This document shows positions 25,421 to 39,349 of a DNA stretch of 64,000 nucleotides, one piece after another. A program made the position numbers and the translations under genes. Under the pieces are notes generated by a model. That model did no database searches and was not told where the DNA came from. It saw only the letters and a list, made by a program, of their open reading frames with translations. The stretch's first letter is position 1. Each line of letters begins with the position of its first letter. This stretch comes from Camelus dromedarius (Eukaryota), in NCBI RefSeq assembly GCF_036321535.1, contig NC_087436.1, positions 65,164,001-65,228,000 on the forward strand, written 5' to 3'.

Positions 25421-25869
25421 TGTCTTCGATAATGTCCTAAAATAGCAGTGACTAAAGCAAGAATTAAGATTCTAAGGCTTTCTTAAGGAAATATAAGACC
25501 AAGCAGTGAAGGTGATTTAAAAAAAAAAAGTGGGGGGAGCGAAGCAAGGCAAGAAAAAGGTCAAAGCGATAGGATACATCTTACTATCTAATTGGCTTCC
25601 ACCTCACAATCAGCCAGGAAGAGACCAAGAAGGTCACTCAGTAGACTGTTTGGCACACGTGCTTTCGTTACTTGATGAAAGAGGTGTCTGCAAGGCAGAG
25701 GTTAAGTGTCAAGTTACTTTTTAACCCTGTAGTGAAGTACATGAATTTTTAAAAATATCATGATTATTTTTAAACTTTCATGTTATCAATTTATATTAAT
25801 ATAAATATATATTAATTTAAATTATTTTCAATCTAGACTCATTTTCCATTTTTTTAGCAACGTACTATA

Positions 25870-26140
25870 AACTGATATATTTCAAAACTACTTTAAAGGT
25901 AAATTTGATCAGTGGGATTTGATCAGTGGGATCATCTTTCAGCTAGTTGCAGGGCCATTTTGAACTTTTTTAAATCATTCTATAGGCCCTTCCTAAATCT
26001 GGGCACAAGAAGATGTTCCAAGGTCATCTTGCTTTTCCCTGCCCCAGTCCTAGAATTTGTCAATTCTCTAAGGAATTCTAGACCCTTTAGTGGAGGATGG
26101 TATTTAAGCATCAACATCTAAGTGCTAGTATTCCCATGAT
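25870..26140 (-). mobile_element. L1MC4-like 3' UTR fragment
   Basis: 'ggcacaagaagatgttccaaggtcatcttg...ccctgccccagtcctagaat...ttagtggaggatggtattta'. Confidence 0.55.
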
Positions 26141-27779
26141 GTTGGTCACAGCTTAAAGATTGCACCCTTCACCCTGTTTAGCTCTGAGCTTTAATTATTT
26201 TCCTTTCTGATCTGAAACTAGTAAAAGCTTTGTTCAGCTTCTCAGCCAGTCAGTCATTACTTTTTCTTAGTGTTTCATGCTTTCAGCTGTTATTTATGAA
26301 TGAATCAGCCACTGACTTCACCAAATATCATTTAAGATTAAAAGGAGATGGAGTAGTTACTGTTATTTGGCATTTAGTGCCCTTTATAAAGAACTAGAAT
26401 ACTTCCTTTCCAGGATTGTGTGTCTATGCACACATGTATGGGCATGTGTGTGTTCATACACACAGATTTAGTTAGTAGTAGAAGTTTATGGATACTGAGA
26501 TAGAGAGAGAGAGAGGTGGATTTGTTAGTTTTTCCTCAGTGTATTTGATGTCAGGAATTCTTTTAAAAGAACAAAAGCATTCAGTTCTTCAGTTAAAGTT
26601 AAATGAGTCAGAGACCTGAGTTCAGCTGCTTGTTTTGCTGATTATCACATTTGTCTCCTTGGGCATCTCCTTTTCTTATGAGAATGGTAATGATGTCAAC
26701 TTCTTGGAGCCTAGAATGTTATTCATATTAAAATTAATGTCTTTATTTCCAAGTTGACTTAATTTTATCAAAAATCATTGATGAAAAAGAGGAAAGAAAT
26801 AATACAGGAGTATTTGTAACTCTGGAGGAAATTTAAGGTGTGAAATAGTTGCATGGAAAGGAAAAGTCAAGTAGTCTGAAAATTAGTGCTTATTTTAATA
26901 CTTTTGCTAAGGGTCAGCCTAGAATTCTCCGCGGATTAGATGCATACTAATAGGATGCTTTAAAAAAAAACGAAGTCTTTCGAGTCTGCAAAGAATAAGA
27001 GTAATGAGGGTAAAATGACAGATTATACATTTGTAATTTGGACTAATAGGTTGTGTTAAATTAGAATACAAAGGTAACCAAATCTTCATTTACTTCTGGT
27101 CTTATTCTACAGAAAGCAATGTCTTAGCATTTATTTCTTTTGACTGTGAGTTGATTCCAAGTCTTTGTCCTGGAAATTCTCTTTGATCTTCATCAAAAAT
27201 ACACAAAAACTATTAACCATTTTGTAAAGAATATAAACTATTCAAAATAACCCTGGCACAACTTTGAATTATAAACTTCTTAGGATAATAAAAACTGTCA
27301 GAAGAATCCCATCTAATAGTGACATTAAAAACTACAAAATATATTTGTTATTACTTGATAAAATACATTTGGTATAATTAAATACAAAATAAAACAGTTC
27401 ATTCTTAAAAGAGTAAAAATGGTTGTTGACTACTATAAATTAAAGAAAAAAATATTCGTAACATTTTGATGTGCTCAGTCTAGCTTTGGAAGACCTGACT
27501 TTAAAAAATAATGATCTAAAAATATTATATTAGAAGCAGAAATAAAAATTGTTAAAATTTTGATCTGAACACAAACTGATTTATCGAGTCTCCATTGTAA
27601 AATTCATACAGAAATTAATAGATCTCTGGTTAAAATAATTCTGACTCATAAAGAATGAGAATAGAAAATACTAGAAAATAGGTACACAAGATTAAAAAAG
27701 AAAAAAAAAACTGGAAAATTTTAAATGTTAAATATTCATTTTCTAATAAATTTCATTGATTTGGCATAGCTCTGATTGT

Positions 27780-29305
27780 TTTCTTTATTTTTATTTATTG
27801 AGATATAATTGATATATAATATATTAGTTTCAGATGTACAGCTTAATGATTCAATATTTGTATATTTTACCAACGATCACTATGATAACTCTAGTTAACA
27901 TCCATCAACATACCTAGTAACATAATTTTCTTCCTACTGTGAGAACTTTTAAGATTCACTCCCTTTGCATCTTTAAAATGTACAATAAAATATTACTAAC
28001 TATAGTTACCATGCTGTACATTACATCCCCATGACTTATTTTATAATTTGAAGTTTGTAGTTTTTGACTCCCTTCATCAGTTTTGCCTACCCCCTGCCTC
28101 TGGCAACCACCAATCTGTTCCCTGTATCTATAAATTTGGCTTCTTTTTCTTTTTAAATTTCTTACATAAGTAAGATCATATAATATTTGTCTTTTTCTGA
28201 CATATTTCACTTAGGTTAATGCCCTGAAGTTCCATCCATGTGGTTGCAAATGGCAAGATTTCATTCTTTTTTGTGGCTGAGTCATATCTCATCATATATG
28301 TATATTTCAGTCTCCCCTGGCCTGGTGTGTGTGTGTGTGTGTGTGTATGTTATTTTATCTACCCTTTCTTTATTTTTTTCTCTATTCATCTAGCAATGGA
28401 CACTTAGGTTGTTTCCATATCTTGCCTATTGTAAATAATGCCACAAAGAACATAGGAGTGCATATATCTTTTTGAGTTAGTCTTTTTGTTTCCTTTGGAT
28501 AAAAACCCAGAAGTGGAATTGCTGGATCATATGGTAGTTCTATTTTTAATTTTTTGAGGAACCTCCACATTGCTTTCCATAATGGTTGCAGCAATTTATG
28601 TTCCCACCTGCAGTGCATGAGGGTTCCTTTTCTCCATATTTTTGTTGATACTTGATAGTTCTTGTCTTTTTAATAATAGCTGTTCTAGCAGATCTGAGGT
28701 GGTATCTCAAGTAGTTGGAATTGTTCCATCCTCTTCTAGTTCTTGAAAGAGTTTGAGAAGGACTATGATTAATTCTTCTTTGAATGTTTGGTAGAATTCA
28801 TCAGTGAAGTCATCTGCTCCTGACTTATCTTTGTTTTGGGGATTTTTGATTACTAGTTTAATCTCCTTACTGGTAATTGGTCTTTTCAGATTTTCTATTT
28901 CTTCTTGATTCAGTCTTGGGAGATTGTATGTTTCTAGGAATTTATCCATTTTTTTTTCTAGGTTGTCTAGTTTGTTGGCATATAATTGTTCATAGTAGCT
29001 TCTAATAATACTTTGTAGTTGTACTATCAGTTGCAATGTCTCCTCTTTTATTTCTGATTTTATTTATTTGAGTTATGTCTCTTTTTTTTTCCATGGTGAG
29101 TCTAGCTAAAGGTTTGTTAATTCTGTTTATCTTTTCAATGAACTAGCTCTTGGTTTCATTGGTCTTTTTATTGTCTTTTCAGTCTCTATTTAATTTAATT
29201 CTGCTCTGATCTTTATTTCCTTTTTCTACTAACTTTGGGCTTCATTTGTTCTTCTTTTTCTGGTTACTTGAAGTGTAAAGTTAGGTTGTTTATTTGAGAT
29301 TTTTA
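27780..29305 (-). mobile_element. L1 (L1MA9-type 3' UTR) with an internal deletion of the RT region
   Basis: ORFs 28707-29036 (YYEQLYANKLDNL...YNLPRLNQEEIENL) and 28382-28618 ([14 protein letters not shown]...[13 protein letters not shown]...WKQPKCP) are L1 ORF2; T-rich tail at about 27780. Confidence 0.92.
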
Positions 29306-30924
29306 AAATTCAGAATGATTTTAACATCACCATTTTACATATGGAGAACCTGAATCTAAGTTCCAGGGAAGGAAATGTTAGTAGAACTTGTAATTGACTA
29401 ATAGTGAGCTACTCTCTTCAAATGCACTTAATTTTACCTGCAAATATGTAAAATCAATTTAAGCTGACAATGTTAACTCTCTAGAAACAGAATAATAAGA
29501 TGAGGTATCTGGATTTTTACTATCTTTTATATTTTAATGGTTGACTTTCCCTTAGCAACCATGGAAGGTACAGTGATTATAATTACAGAAAAAAAGATTA
29601 TATATATGTGTGTCTGTGTGTGTGGTGTGTGTGTATACAAAGAAGAATATGTCAACTTAATCAGAATTTCATGAAAAACTTAAAATACCTTTCATTGAAA
29701 CTGTGTGATTTGTTGTCTTGCCAGCAACAAGTATTATTACTGATTAAATGTATTTCTTAACTCAATAAGCAATGAGTTAAAATGGCTAAGATCAAATTAA
29801 ATCCTGCTTCATCTCTCTAATAATTAATCTAATGTGTTGAACTGTCATCAATAACTAAGTTATTTGAGCCTACAAATATTAACCTATAACAGAAGGACAT
29901 TAATGCATTCCTTTTAGTCTGCTCTTCTTTGGAAATACATAATGATAAGAGACAGTCTTCTGGGTAATAAAAATAGCAAAAAAAGAAAGAAAAGGTTATT
30001 AATCAAAATGTGAATTTATTGAAAGACAGAACTGAAAGGACACAACTCTATTGGTACCTTAATTACTAATTATTTCTATTATCTACCTAATTAGTAAAAA
30101 CATTTCAGCTTATAGGTAATAAAAGTCATCATTAGATTGTATGACATGCGATGCCATTTCTACATTTAAAAATTTTACTCATAAAACAAACTGGCAATAT
30201 TTTAAAGTATTTGGAGCCATCTGAACCATGTAAGACTTTAATGTCTCTTTTAAAAATGTTTAAAACCTATTGCAGGTATAGTAATGCTGCATCTTTATGC
30301 AAGTCCTATAGTTCATGTTGCAACTAAAAATGAGATTGCTCTCTGAAAGTGTTAAACACTTTTAGCAGCTTTTTCCTTTGCATTCTGTCCCAAATCAAAG
30401 TTTTAATAGTTTGTATCAATCTATACCCTTTGTTCTGCCTACATCAGGCCTTTTACTTAACGTTTGATCTAAATTTTATTGGTTTCATAACTCAGCATAT
30501 ACTGTGTAAGTGAGAGATTATGTTATTTCCATTCTGAGTTTAAAATAAAAAATGACAGACGGGCTATATTTACTAACATTACTACCACCAAGAATTTGTA
30601 AATCTAAATAGTCTAATATTGAGTCCTACAAGCACTTTATTCCTCAGCAACCTTTCCTTGCCTGTAAGTACAAGGGATAGAAGATGAATGATATTATTAG
30701 CTTGGTGCCCTTAGGAGGAAATTAAATATTTATTCAAAGTATGTCTTTTTTTTACCTTGATAACAAATCCAATAAACAAGTGCTTTGATTAATGAATTTT
30801 AGCATTTCTTATTGTAAGATGTATGGATTACTTATAGCTTAAAGGCACGATTTTATGGGAGAGGAAGTGACTTTTGTTCTAGCACTGAAGATTGAAAGAA
30901 AAGATTTCTGGGACAGGAGTAGAA

Positions 30925-31140
30925 CAGTTAGATTCTTGATCTACCACTGACATCTTTGGCTGAGTCACGTTAGATAAGTCACTCAATGTCCTTAAATTCA
31001 GTTTTGTTTTTTTTTTTTTCATTTCAAAATGGAGGTTAAAATAATACTTAAAATATTCATGCATAATGCATCCTGGCATTGTAAAATGCAAGGAAAAACA
31101 TTTGTACTGTAAATAACTACATATAATGTGTTATTATTAT
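30925..31140 (+). mobile_element. MIR SINE
   Basis: 'ctaccactgac...gtcacgttagataagtcactcaatgtcctt...ttcatttcaaaatggagg'. Confidence 0.6.
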
Positions 31141-32392
31141 GTTCAAGAGGTAAAATAAACAATGTTGGCTAAATTGTTTTGCTTGTGAATTCTTCCATGG
31201 CTTTAGTAGTGTGTGCTTTCTCTTCCTTCTTTGACTTTATACTCCAATTATGCACATAGAACTTAATGTATTTTGTAGAGGTCTTAGAATTGTTTTTAAG
31301 TGTTTAGGTGAAAGACTATCTATTGTAAGAGTTTGGGGAAGTTACTTTATTTCATTATTACTTTTTAAAAATTACGATCGTCATTGTTATTGACTCCTTC
31401 ATTTTGTAAAACATTATCAGGACATCTAGAGGAAATGCAATTCAAATCTTATGTCTACCACTTAATGACAATATGAGTTTGAACAAGTTACTTTGCTTCA
31501 CTTATTGTTTTATAAAACAGGGCTGATACAAACCTTTTAGGTTGTGTATGAGGATGAGATGAGAAAATTTGTCATATATAATTCTTCCAGATTACCTTGA
31601 ATTAATATAAGGTTATTTTGCATTATACATATGCATGAGTTTCTTTCAAGTCCAAGTCATAAATGAGAAGTTATGAAAAAGGATGTTTCCTTAAATAAAT
31701 CAGCTGGAAGACCTAATACTTTCTAACATATTAGCCTGCTTATTTCAGAGAATATGGAGATAAACTGAAAGAAATTGAGATAATAGTAGGTTAAATATAT
31801 TGTTCCATACCAGGGAAGAGGAATAGACTAAAAAGTGGAGATTTATTTTTCTGGAAAAATCCGTACTGACTACTTGAGTGTCTTTTTGTTAGTTTATTTT
31901 AAAATTTTGAGTCCAAACTCTTATGTCAATAAAGTATTGAAGGATTTAATCTCAGAGTAGATTCATGAAAGAAATATCTTTATACATGCTGTTTTTACTC
32001 TGGGTTCTTTAGAGATGCTGTAACTATGTTTTCCATGGTTCAAAGCTTTATTAAATGATTTAATTTGGGTCTCAAACATGAACTCTAGATAAAATACCCA
32101 AAGTAAAACAAATTCTGTAATGAATGTATAAAGCTGGAGATACCTCTACTCTCTCTGGGATCCTTGGCAGTCAGTGGGATTTTTTAATAGACTCTATGCA
32201 TTTATATCTGCATATCATTTAGCTAAGTCCCAAATGCCAAATGCAGTTTTATTTTCCACAATTTATTAATATTAATTTTGCTTTGCTAGGCTAATTATAT
32301 GCATTCTACTGGCAGGGTTATTCAGGAGAGCAGTTAATTCTTGAAGAATATAATGTAAAGTATAAAATTCATCGTATTATATAAAGTGTAAT

Positions 32393-32636
32393 TGTCTCAA
32401 GCATCTCCAGCTGCTGTAACAAAATATCACAGGCTGGGTGGCTTAAACAACAGAAGTTTATTTTCTCACATTTCTGGAGGGTAGGGAATCAAAGATCAAG
32501 GTGCCAGCCAATTTGGTTCCTGATGAGAAGTCTATCCTGGCTTGCAGAAGTCTGCTTTCTCACTGTATCCTTACATGGCAGAGAGGGAGCTCTGGTGTCT
32601 TTTCCTTTTTGTAAGAGGCACTAACTCTATTGGGGC
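32393..32636 (-). mobile_element. Partial MLT1A-type MaLR LTR
   Basis: 'gctgctgtaacaaaatatcacaggctgggtggcttaaacaacagaagtttattttctcac...aagatcaaggtgccagcc'. Confidence 0.8.
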
Positions 32637-32832
32637 TTTAAACATCTGAAGAGGAGTGGAGAAGGGAGCATTCTCAGAGATACAGATAGTGATGATACGA
32701 TAAGGAAAATGTAGCTAATCTGTTATGAGTATGAAAGAATGTTGAAAAATATTGCTGATAAAATTGGGCAGGACCATTTGATGAGAAGAGTTATCTGTGA
32801 AGATTTTGCATTTCTTATTTTTAAGAGAAACT

Positions 32833-33226
32833 AAATTGTCATACTAAGTGAAGCAAGCCAGAAAGAGAAAGAAAAATACCATATGATATCACTTATATGT
32901 GGAGTCTAAAAAAATGGCACAAATGAACTTATTTACAAAACAGACAGACTCACAGACATAGAAAACAAACTTATGGTTACCAGGGGACAAGAGGGGTCGT
33001 GAAGGGATACATTGGGAGTTAAGGATTTGTAGATACTAACTACTATATATAAAGCAGATAAACAACAGGGTCCTACTGAATAGCTCAGGGAACTATATTC
33101 AATATCTTATAATGGCCTATAATAAAAATATAAAAAGGAATATTATATATGTATAGCTGAATCACTATGCTGTACACCAGAAATTAACATAACGTTGTAG
33201 ATCAGTTATATATCTATTAAAAAAAA
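32833..33226 (+). mobile_element. Cetartiodactyl-type L1 3' end (ORF2 terminus, 3' UTR, short poly-A)
   Basis: 'tactaagtgaagcaagccagaaagagaaagaaaaataccatatgatatcacttatatgtgga' encodes the ORF2 C-terminus (LSEASQKEKEKYHMISLICG); A8 tail. Confidence 0.92.
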
Positions 33227-34399
33227 GAGTGTGTCCTTGGAAAGAGAGTTGGTAAAAAAGATAATAACTGCAGTGTTTCCTCTAGTCTTGTAACGAAACA
33301 AATGATAATGAGACACTAATGATCTTTCAGGTTCTTTCTTGCTTTTATACTGTGATTTCCATTTAGATAAACTAAAAAGAATTAATTTTCTCTCTAACAT
33401 CATAACTGTTGATCATTTTTAAATGTGAGATAGTTTACTCTAAAACAAGATATTATTATTATTGTGAATGTTGTCTTTCATTAAAATGTGCATTGACTCA
33501 GTTTCATTAAATGTTATTAATATTCATATTGTATGCTATTTGTGAAAATTGCATAAAAGTTAGAACTTTATTGAAAATATGTCAGCATTTTTCAGCATCT
33601 TTGTATGTTTTAGAATATCTGCAACTTATTGGGCTCAGTGTCTGAGAACTGATATAGGCACATATTAAGATAATTCCCAATGAGTCAAATATTTGTATAA
33701 TCCTCTCTTTTTGAGTAAACATGTGAAACATGTGATTGCAGTCTAACCAATCAAAATTGCCACCCACTAAGTTTATCATCTCATTCGATTGTAAATCTTT
33801 TCCCAGGGTTTAATCTGATCTGTTTTTATGTTGTTCTTGTTTGTTTCACTGCTTGAATGTAATTTCCATGAGGGAAGAGATTTTTATCTCTTATGCTCAC
33901 TCTGTATTTCCTGCACATATGGCAGTGCTTTGTATAACTTTGTTAAATTAATTATTTATTTGTATATTATTTGGCTTTTCTATCTAAAATTAATAGAATT
34001 CTTAAAAGAATACTTCATGAGTAGGTTAATTGTATCAATCCTTTTCATTTCTATGTTAAATACATGTAGAGTAGTATCTAATACATCATAAATGATAATT
34101 AAAATTTATTAAGTAAATAAATACTGCTTAATAATAATAATATTCATAGGACACAACATATTACTATATTGAAACATACAACTTTGCCAATATTTTTCAT
34201 AAAGGGTTACTTCATATAACCTGACTATGCAAAGTATGTTTCTATCTGATTTATTTCTCACAGTAACTCAATAAAGTAAGTATTACTACTAAGGGAAAAC
34301 TAGACTATAGTAGCTTTGGTCAATAAAAGAACAGACTTGAGAGCAATTAATCTTGGGAAATGAAGACTTGTTAAATGGAGAAAAACATGTAGTCTTTGA

Positions 34400-35355
34400 A
34401 TATAACCTGGACTCCTCTAACATCACAGCCCTGATATGACTCTTGCATCTTTTCATGAGGCCATGTTACATTTCAGTTGTAGCCCTAACTGTATATACGC
34501 AAATTTACTCCTACTCCTCTGTTAATGACATGCCATACCAATCTACTTTCTTAATTTAAAACACTGGGATCATCTTTGATCTCTTTTTTCCTCAACCCTT
34601 CCATGCATCCTTTCAGGGAGTACCTGTAGCTCCACTTCTGTGTTCACCACCTCCTCTGTTACCACTTAGTATAAGCCACCACTACCTATCACCTCTGATC
34701 TCTCTGTAACTGTGGTTTCCCTCTTGCATACATTCTTATTCACAATTCAAAGTTAAGTTTTAAACATAAAATTAAGACCACATCATTCCATTTTTAAACA
34801 TCAACCAGTAGATTCCCACTCTGAAAATAAAATTGTAGTCTTTCCCATGTCCTATGCTGGACACTACATGAGCTATGAAACTAGCTTTTAAAACTCTGGT
34901 TGTACCACTTTTATTCTCATACAATTTGCTGTATCCACATTGGCTTCTTTCCCCATTCCTCTAACAGGCCCAGCTCTTTCTTCCTTCAGCTCTTTGCACT
35001 TGATCATTCTCTGGTTCCAGCCTTTCAGGTGGTGACTTCCTTCTCTTCATTCTGGTCTCAAATCTGATGTTACTCCTCAAAGATAGTACAGTATCACTGT
35101 GCTGTTTAGTGATGCCAACGATGGATCACACCTATCAGTCACATCGTGTTGCTTAATTCTGCTTTTTTTTCTTCATGATCATTTCACTATCTAAAATCTT
35201 ATTACTTATTTGTTTACCTGTTTGTTGTCATAATGTCCTGCTAGATTGTCAGCTCCATGAAAAAGACTGGGTTTTGTCCTGTTCACCTTGCTATCCTGAG
35301 CACCTTGTGCAATATCCGGCACATGTAACAACATATATTTGTTAATTGGTTGAAT
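34400..35355 (+). mobile_element. L2 3' portion
   Basis: 'aaacactgggatcatctttga', 'taagccaccactac' and tail 'ctagattgtcagctccatga...tgttcacc...ggcacat...atatttgtt'. Confidence 0.7.
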
Positions 35356-38140
35356 ATATAAACTTAATCTACTGAATCCAAAGTACCTTCTCTGAAATAC
35401 AATCTGATAATGTCACTACTTGCTTAAAATCCTACCATGGCACCCCATTCCTGGTAGGACTACTCTTTAGTTTGACATATACTATCTCTTTTAGTTTGTC
35501 CTGTGCCTTACATTCATCATAATGTCAGCCTTATTAAAAGATGTGTCATTTCATCAGTGTAAATCCAGCTGCCTATCCCTGAATGCTCGTTCCTTGAAGA
35601 GAGAATGAATAAAGAGCTAACTGAAAAATTACCAGATCCTCTGTCTGTAAAGGTACAAAACTTGAATAATTTACAAAACATCCAGTTGTAGGTTGTAACT
35701 GACATTTCTGACTTGTTCTTTTTTAAATTCTTTCATTGCCAACTCTTGCCACTCCCCCTACACTGATCTATAACATTTTCTTCTGTTATTCCGGTTGCTT
35801 CTTTTTATCAGGAATTTTTGGTTATTTCAAATAAACTTAAATAAAACCTGGGACCACTATTGTCCAAATTAAACTAAATCTGGTATTCAAAGGGAAACAC
35901 AATCTAGCAACCAAAATTAATCAAAGGTAATAATTCATATTTTATTCTTTAGAGAAATACCAAAGAGAGGAGTATTTTCTTAAGGCAAGCAAATAATAAA
36001 TACCTTTTCTGATTAATGCCTTCTTTACTATACTTCTCACTGGTGGCAGCTGCTCTCTAAAATTGAATAATTTCCTCTAAGTTAATTATCATAAAATAAC
36101 AACCATTATATGTAAAGTACTTACTATGTGTCATGCTGTTGTATTCTAATCATTTTGCATATATGAATTATTTAATCTTTACAATTATGTGAAATAATTA
36201 TTTTAAAAGATAAGCATTTATATAATACCTTTTTATTGTTATTGCTTGGGATTAAAAAATGATAAAAGAAACAGCTTATAAATTCAAAGACCTGAAAACT
36301 TCAGCTCAAAATGTTATAGTGGCAACATACAAATCTGCATTCATCCTCTCACCACCCTAATTTATAATCAAATAGTGGATTCTGTGGTACAGACTCAAAG
36401 GAAGATGTTCATGTAGCATAGAATGCCCAGGCAAACTTCCCTTTAATTGGAACAATGCCAGCAATGAAGTCCCTTAAAGCAATAGGTGATGAACCTAACT
36501 TAGGCATGGGAGGAGAAATTTGAGGCTGACAGAAAGGCCTCTGTTCAGTTTCTGTCATGAACTTATGAATTTAACTTAGTTTTGCAAGCACCTTGGATGG
36601 AAATATCCAGTATTTTCACTTAGAAATTCCCTAGATTAAAAATTGGCCTCAGTTATATCACTGTACTGAGATCCAAAGCAATACCTTATGGCAGGTAGGA
36701 TGTTCTCTGGTCTTTGTAAGATGGTTAGGAACATGATCTGTGGAGAAGCAGGGTGGATAGAGCAACAGGATTAGTCTACATGTTATAATGAAAGGTCTAT
36801 TTGGTGTTATGAGTGACATATTAAATCTTCTTAAAGAAATCTTTGTTAGAGACAATGGGAGTCTGTATGGCTATATTATCTACATTACTCATTTAGGTAT
36901 GCCTATGAAAACACATGATTTTGAAATATGCTAGAGTAAGAAATTATATATTTAAAGATAAAGGTACAGTTTTAAAGTATTTAACTTACTTTAATAGAGT
37001 CATATAATCTGCTAATTTTCATTTAAATAGCCTTAAATTTCATGTTAATAAAAATTAAAAATTGCTATGGAAATTCTTCAGCAAGATCAAGCATAGACAT
37101 ACATTGGAATGGGTGACTTATGTTTTCCTCAAGTATATTAATATTAAAGCCTATCAATATCTGATCATATGCATAAAAATAATGCAATTCTCCTTATCAT
37201 ATGTTACAACAATCAACATTGATAAGAATAACTATGTTAGACTTTAATAAAATCTTCCAAGCTTAAATTCATATTACAAACAAAACATTAAGCTATGTAT
37301 TATAATCTTAGCTTAGTCTTCAAACTAATTTACAAAAGCTAAATTAATACAAACAATACAGTAAATAATCTTACCTCTTTCCTTCCTTATGGAATAATAA
37401 TTATTTATAAAATTAAGCTTTTAGTATACAAATTAATGTAATATGGTTTTACAGTGTTTCTGTTTAAAAGTCTGTACATTTAAACCCAATGGATATAAGG
37501 GATATGAAGAAATCGGAGTGGTCGTTTATTGATTATAAGTTAAAAATAAGAAAGTCGAATGACAAATACATTGAATAGTTCTTATTGTTGATACTCGAGT
37601 GCTCTGTGTATAAAGCCCATATCTAAAGCAATAACAATTACTGTAGGGGGATAAAAGCACTAACGTGATGTAATTAATTACTACTTTCAATTAGGTATTT
37701 TCAAACAATGCATTTAGTTGAATCAAAATAACCTTATATGATCGATGTTTTTTGATTGCCATCTTTATGATTTTATATGTAGAGCTTAATGGCTCCAATT
37801 ATACACAAAATGAAATCAAGTTGAAGGAAACTAACCTATGAACCAGTAATATATGTATTATGACAGGATTATAGTCTACACTGCTTGTGGATGTATTTTA
37901 TATTTGAAAAATACTCAAACAATGCTTAGATAGATTTTATTGCTTAATCAATACATTCTACCGCAGAGATTATCACAGTGTCTTCTTACGACTTCACTGA
38001 AATTTTGCTTATAAGAAATCATATTTAATGTTTTAATATAGAGAATAATTCTTAAATATTGTAAAATTAGTGTTTTTCTCATATAAACAAATATTAGAAG
38101 CATAGATATGTATATTATTAGAATTGCATTCTATTTATTG

Positions 38141-38930
38141 TGTAAGCACAATATAATAAGATACAATAAGAAATACATATTTGGTATTTGTCCTTGAAAC
38201 AGCTTCTAAAACCTCTGGAATTTCCTGAGTGATAAGGGTGATAGGTGCATCTTTTATTATTTATAGTAAGCCCCTTTTACCCATACCTGAGTTTATGCTA
38301 GTAAGGTGACTCTTAGATTTTTAGGGTCCCCTAAATAGTTTCAGGATGGATTCTGGTCTACAGAAAGACCAAGGCATGTGTAGAGAGTTGTAACTTTCAG
38401 TTACACTGACATCTGGGGCAGGTGAGACCTGGAGATTGAGTTAATCACCAATGATCACCCACTTAATCAAACATGCCTATGAAATTAAGCCTCCTGGCTG
38501 GTGAGGTTAAGGTACTGGGAGGTGATGTGCCCAGAGAGAATATGAAAGTTACATGCCCTTCCTCCACACCTCGTCCTTTGCATCTCTTCCCTTTGGCTGT
38601 TCTTGAGGTGTATCTTTCATAATAAGCTAGTAATAGTAAGTAAAGCCCACTCCTGAGTTCTGTGAGTCTTTCTAGGAAATTATCAAACTGATTTATAGCA
38701 GTCAATCAGAAATATGGGAGACCTAGGACTTGTGATTGGCATCTGAAACTGGGGGCAGTTTTGTGGGATTGAGCCCTCAACCTGTGGGATGTGTGTTAAT
38801 CCCAGGTAATTGATGGCAGAATTGAATTGAATTGTAGGTCACCCATTTGGTGTCCAAAAAGTTGGAAAATTGGTTGATATGAGGAAAACCCCACAGATAC
38901 GTTGTTAGAAATGTAAATAAAAACAGTTCA
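38141..38930 (+). mobile_element. ERV LTR, MER21B/C-like
   Basis: 'ggaatttcctgagtgataag', 'agaaagaccaaggcatg', 'ctggagattgagttaatcaccaatg', 'ctgagttctgtgagt' and 'agaattgaattgaattgtagg'. Confidence 0.85.
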
Positions 38931-39349
38931 TAGCACCCCCACAGTATAGTAATGTAAATATTGCGCTTTTTTCAATAATTGCAGTAATCAAAGATGTGGA
39001 GAACTATTTTTCCTATTTAAAGTATTCCAGATGGAAAAGGTGGCCTGGGATCAAGAAACTATCATAAAATCATATTTTTACAAAGTGTCTCAGAAGGCCA
39101 ACTATCTAGTTCAAGAAGGCTTCATCTAAGTTACTGAGATAAATATTTTGTTTAACCTTATATTCTAAAATAGTCAAGCTATACAGACACATTTTAGAAT
39201 GCCCACTGAAGTACAATTGAAATAATTGCAAAACTACTAAAACCATTGTCTCTTCTCTTTCCAATACAAATTGATTCATACCTAGGTCAATATATGACTG
39301 TTAGTTTCCAGATCCAGGATAGTCATTTTTAAATCCCTTGAGAAAAATA

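Noticed and set aside
26417..26470. Imperfect hairpin of TG/CA-rich arms as a pre-miRNA
   Set aside because: Low-complexity dinucleotide arms pair trivially; the stem is short and mismatched
37368..37400. 11-nt minus-strand microexon (ccataag|gaaggaaagag|gtaaga)
   Set aside because: Weak pyrimidine tract, frame-shifting length, and such matches are expected by chance in 64 kb
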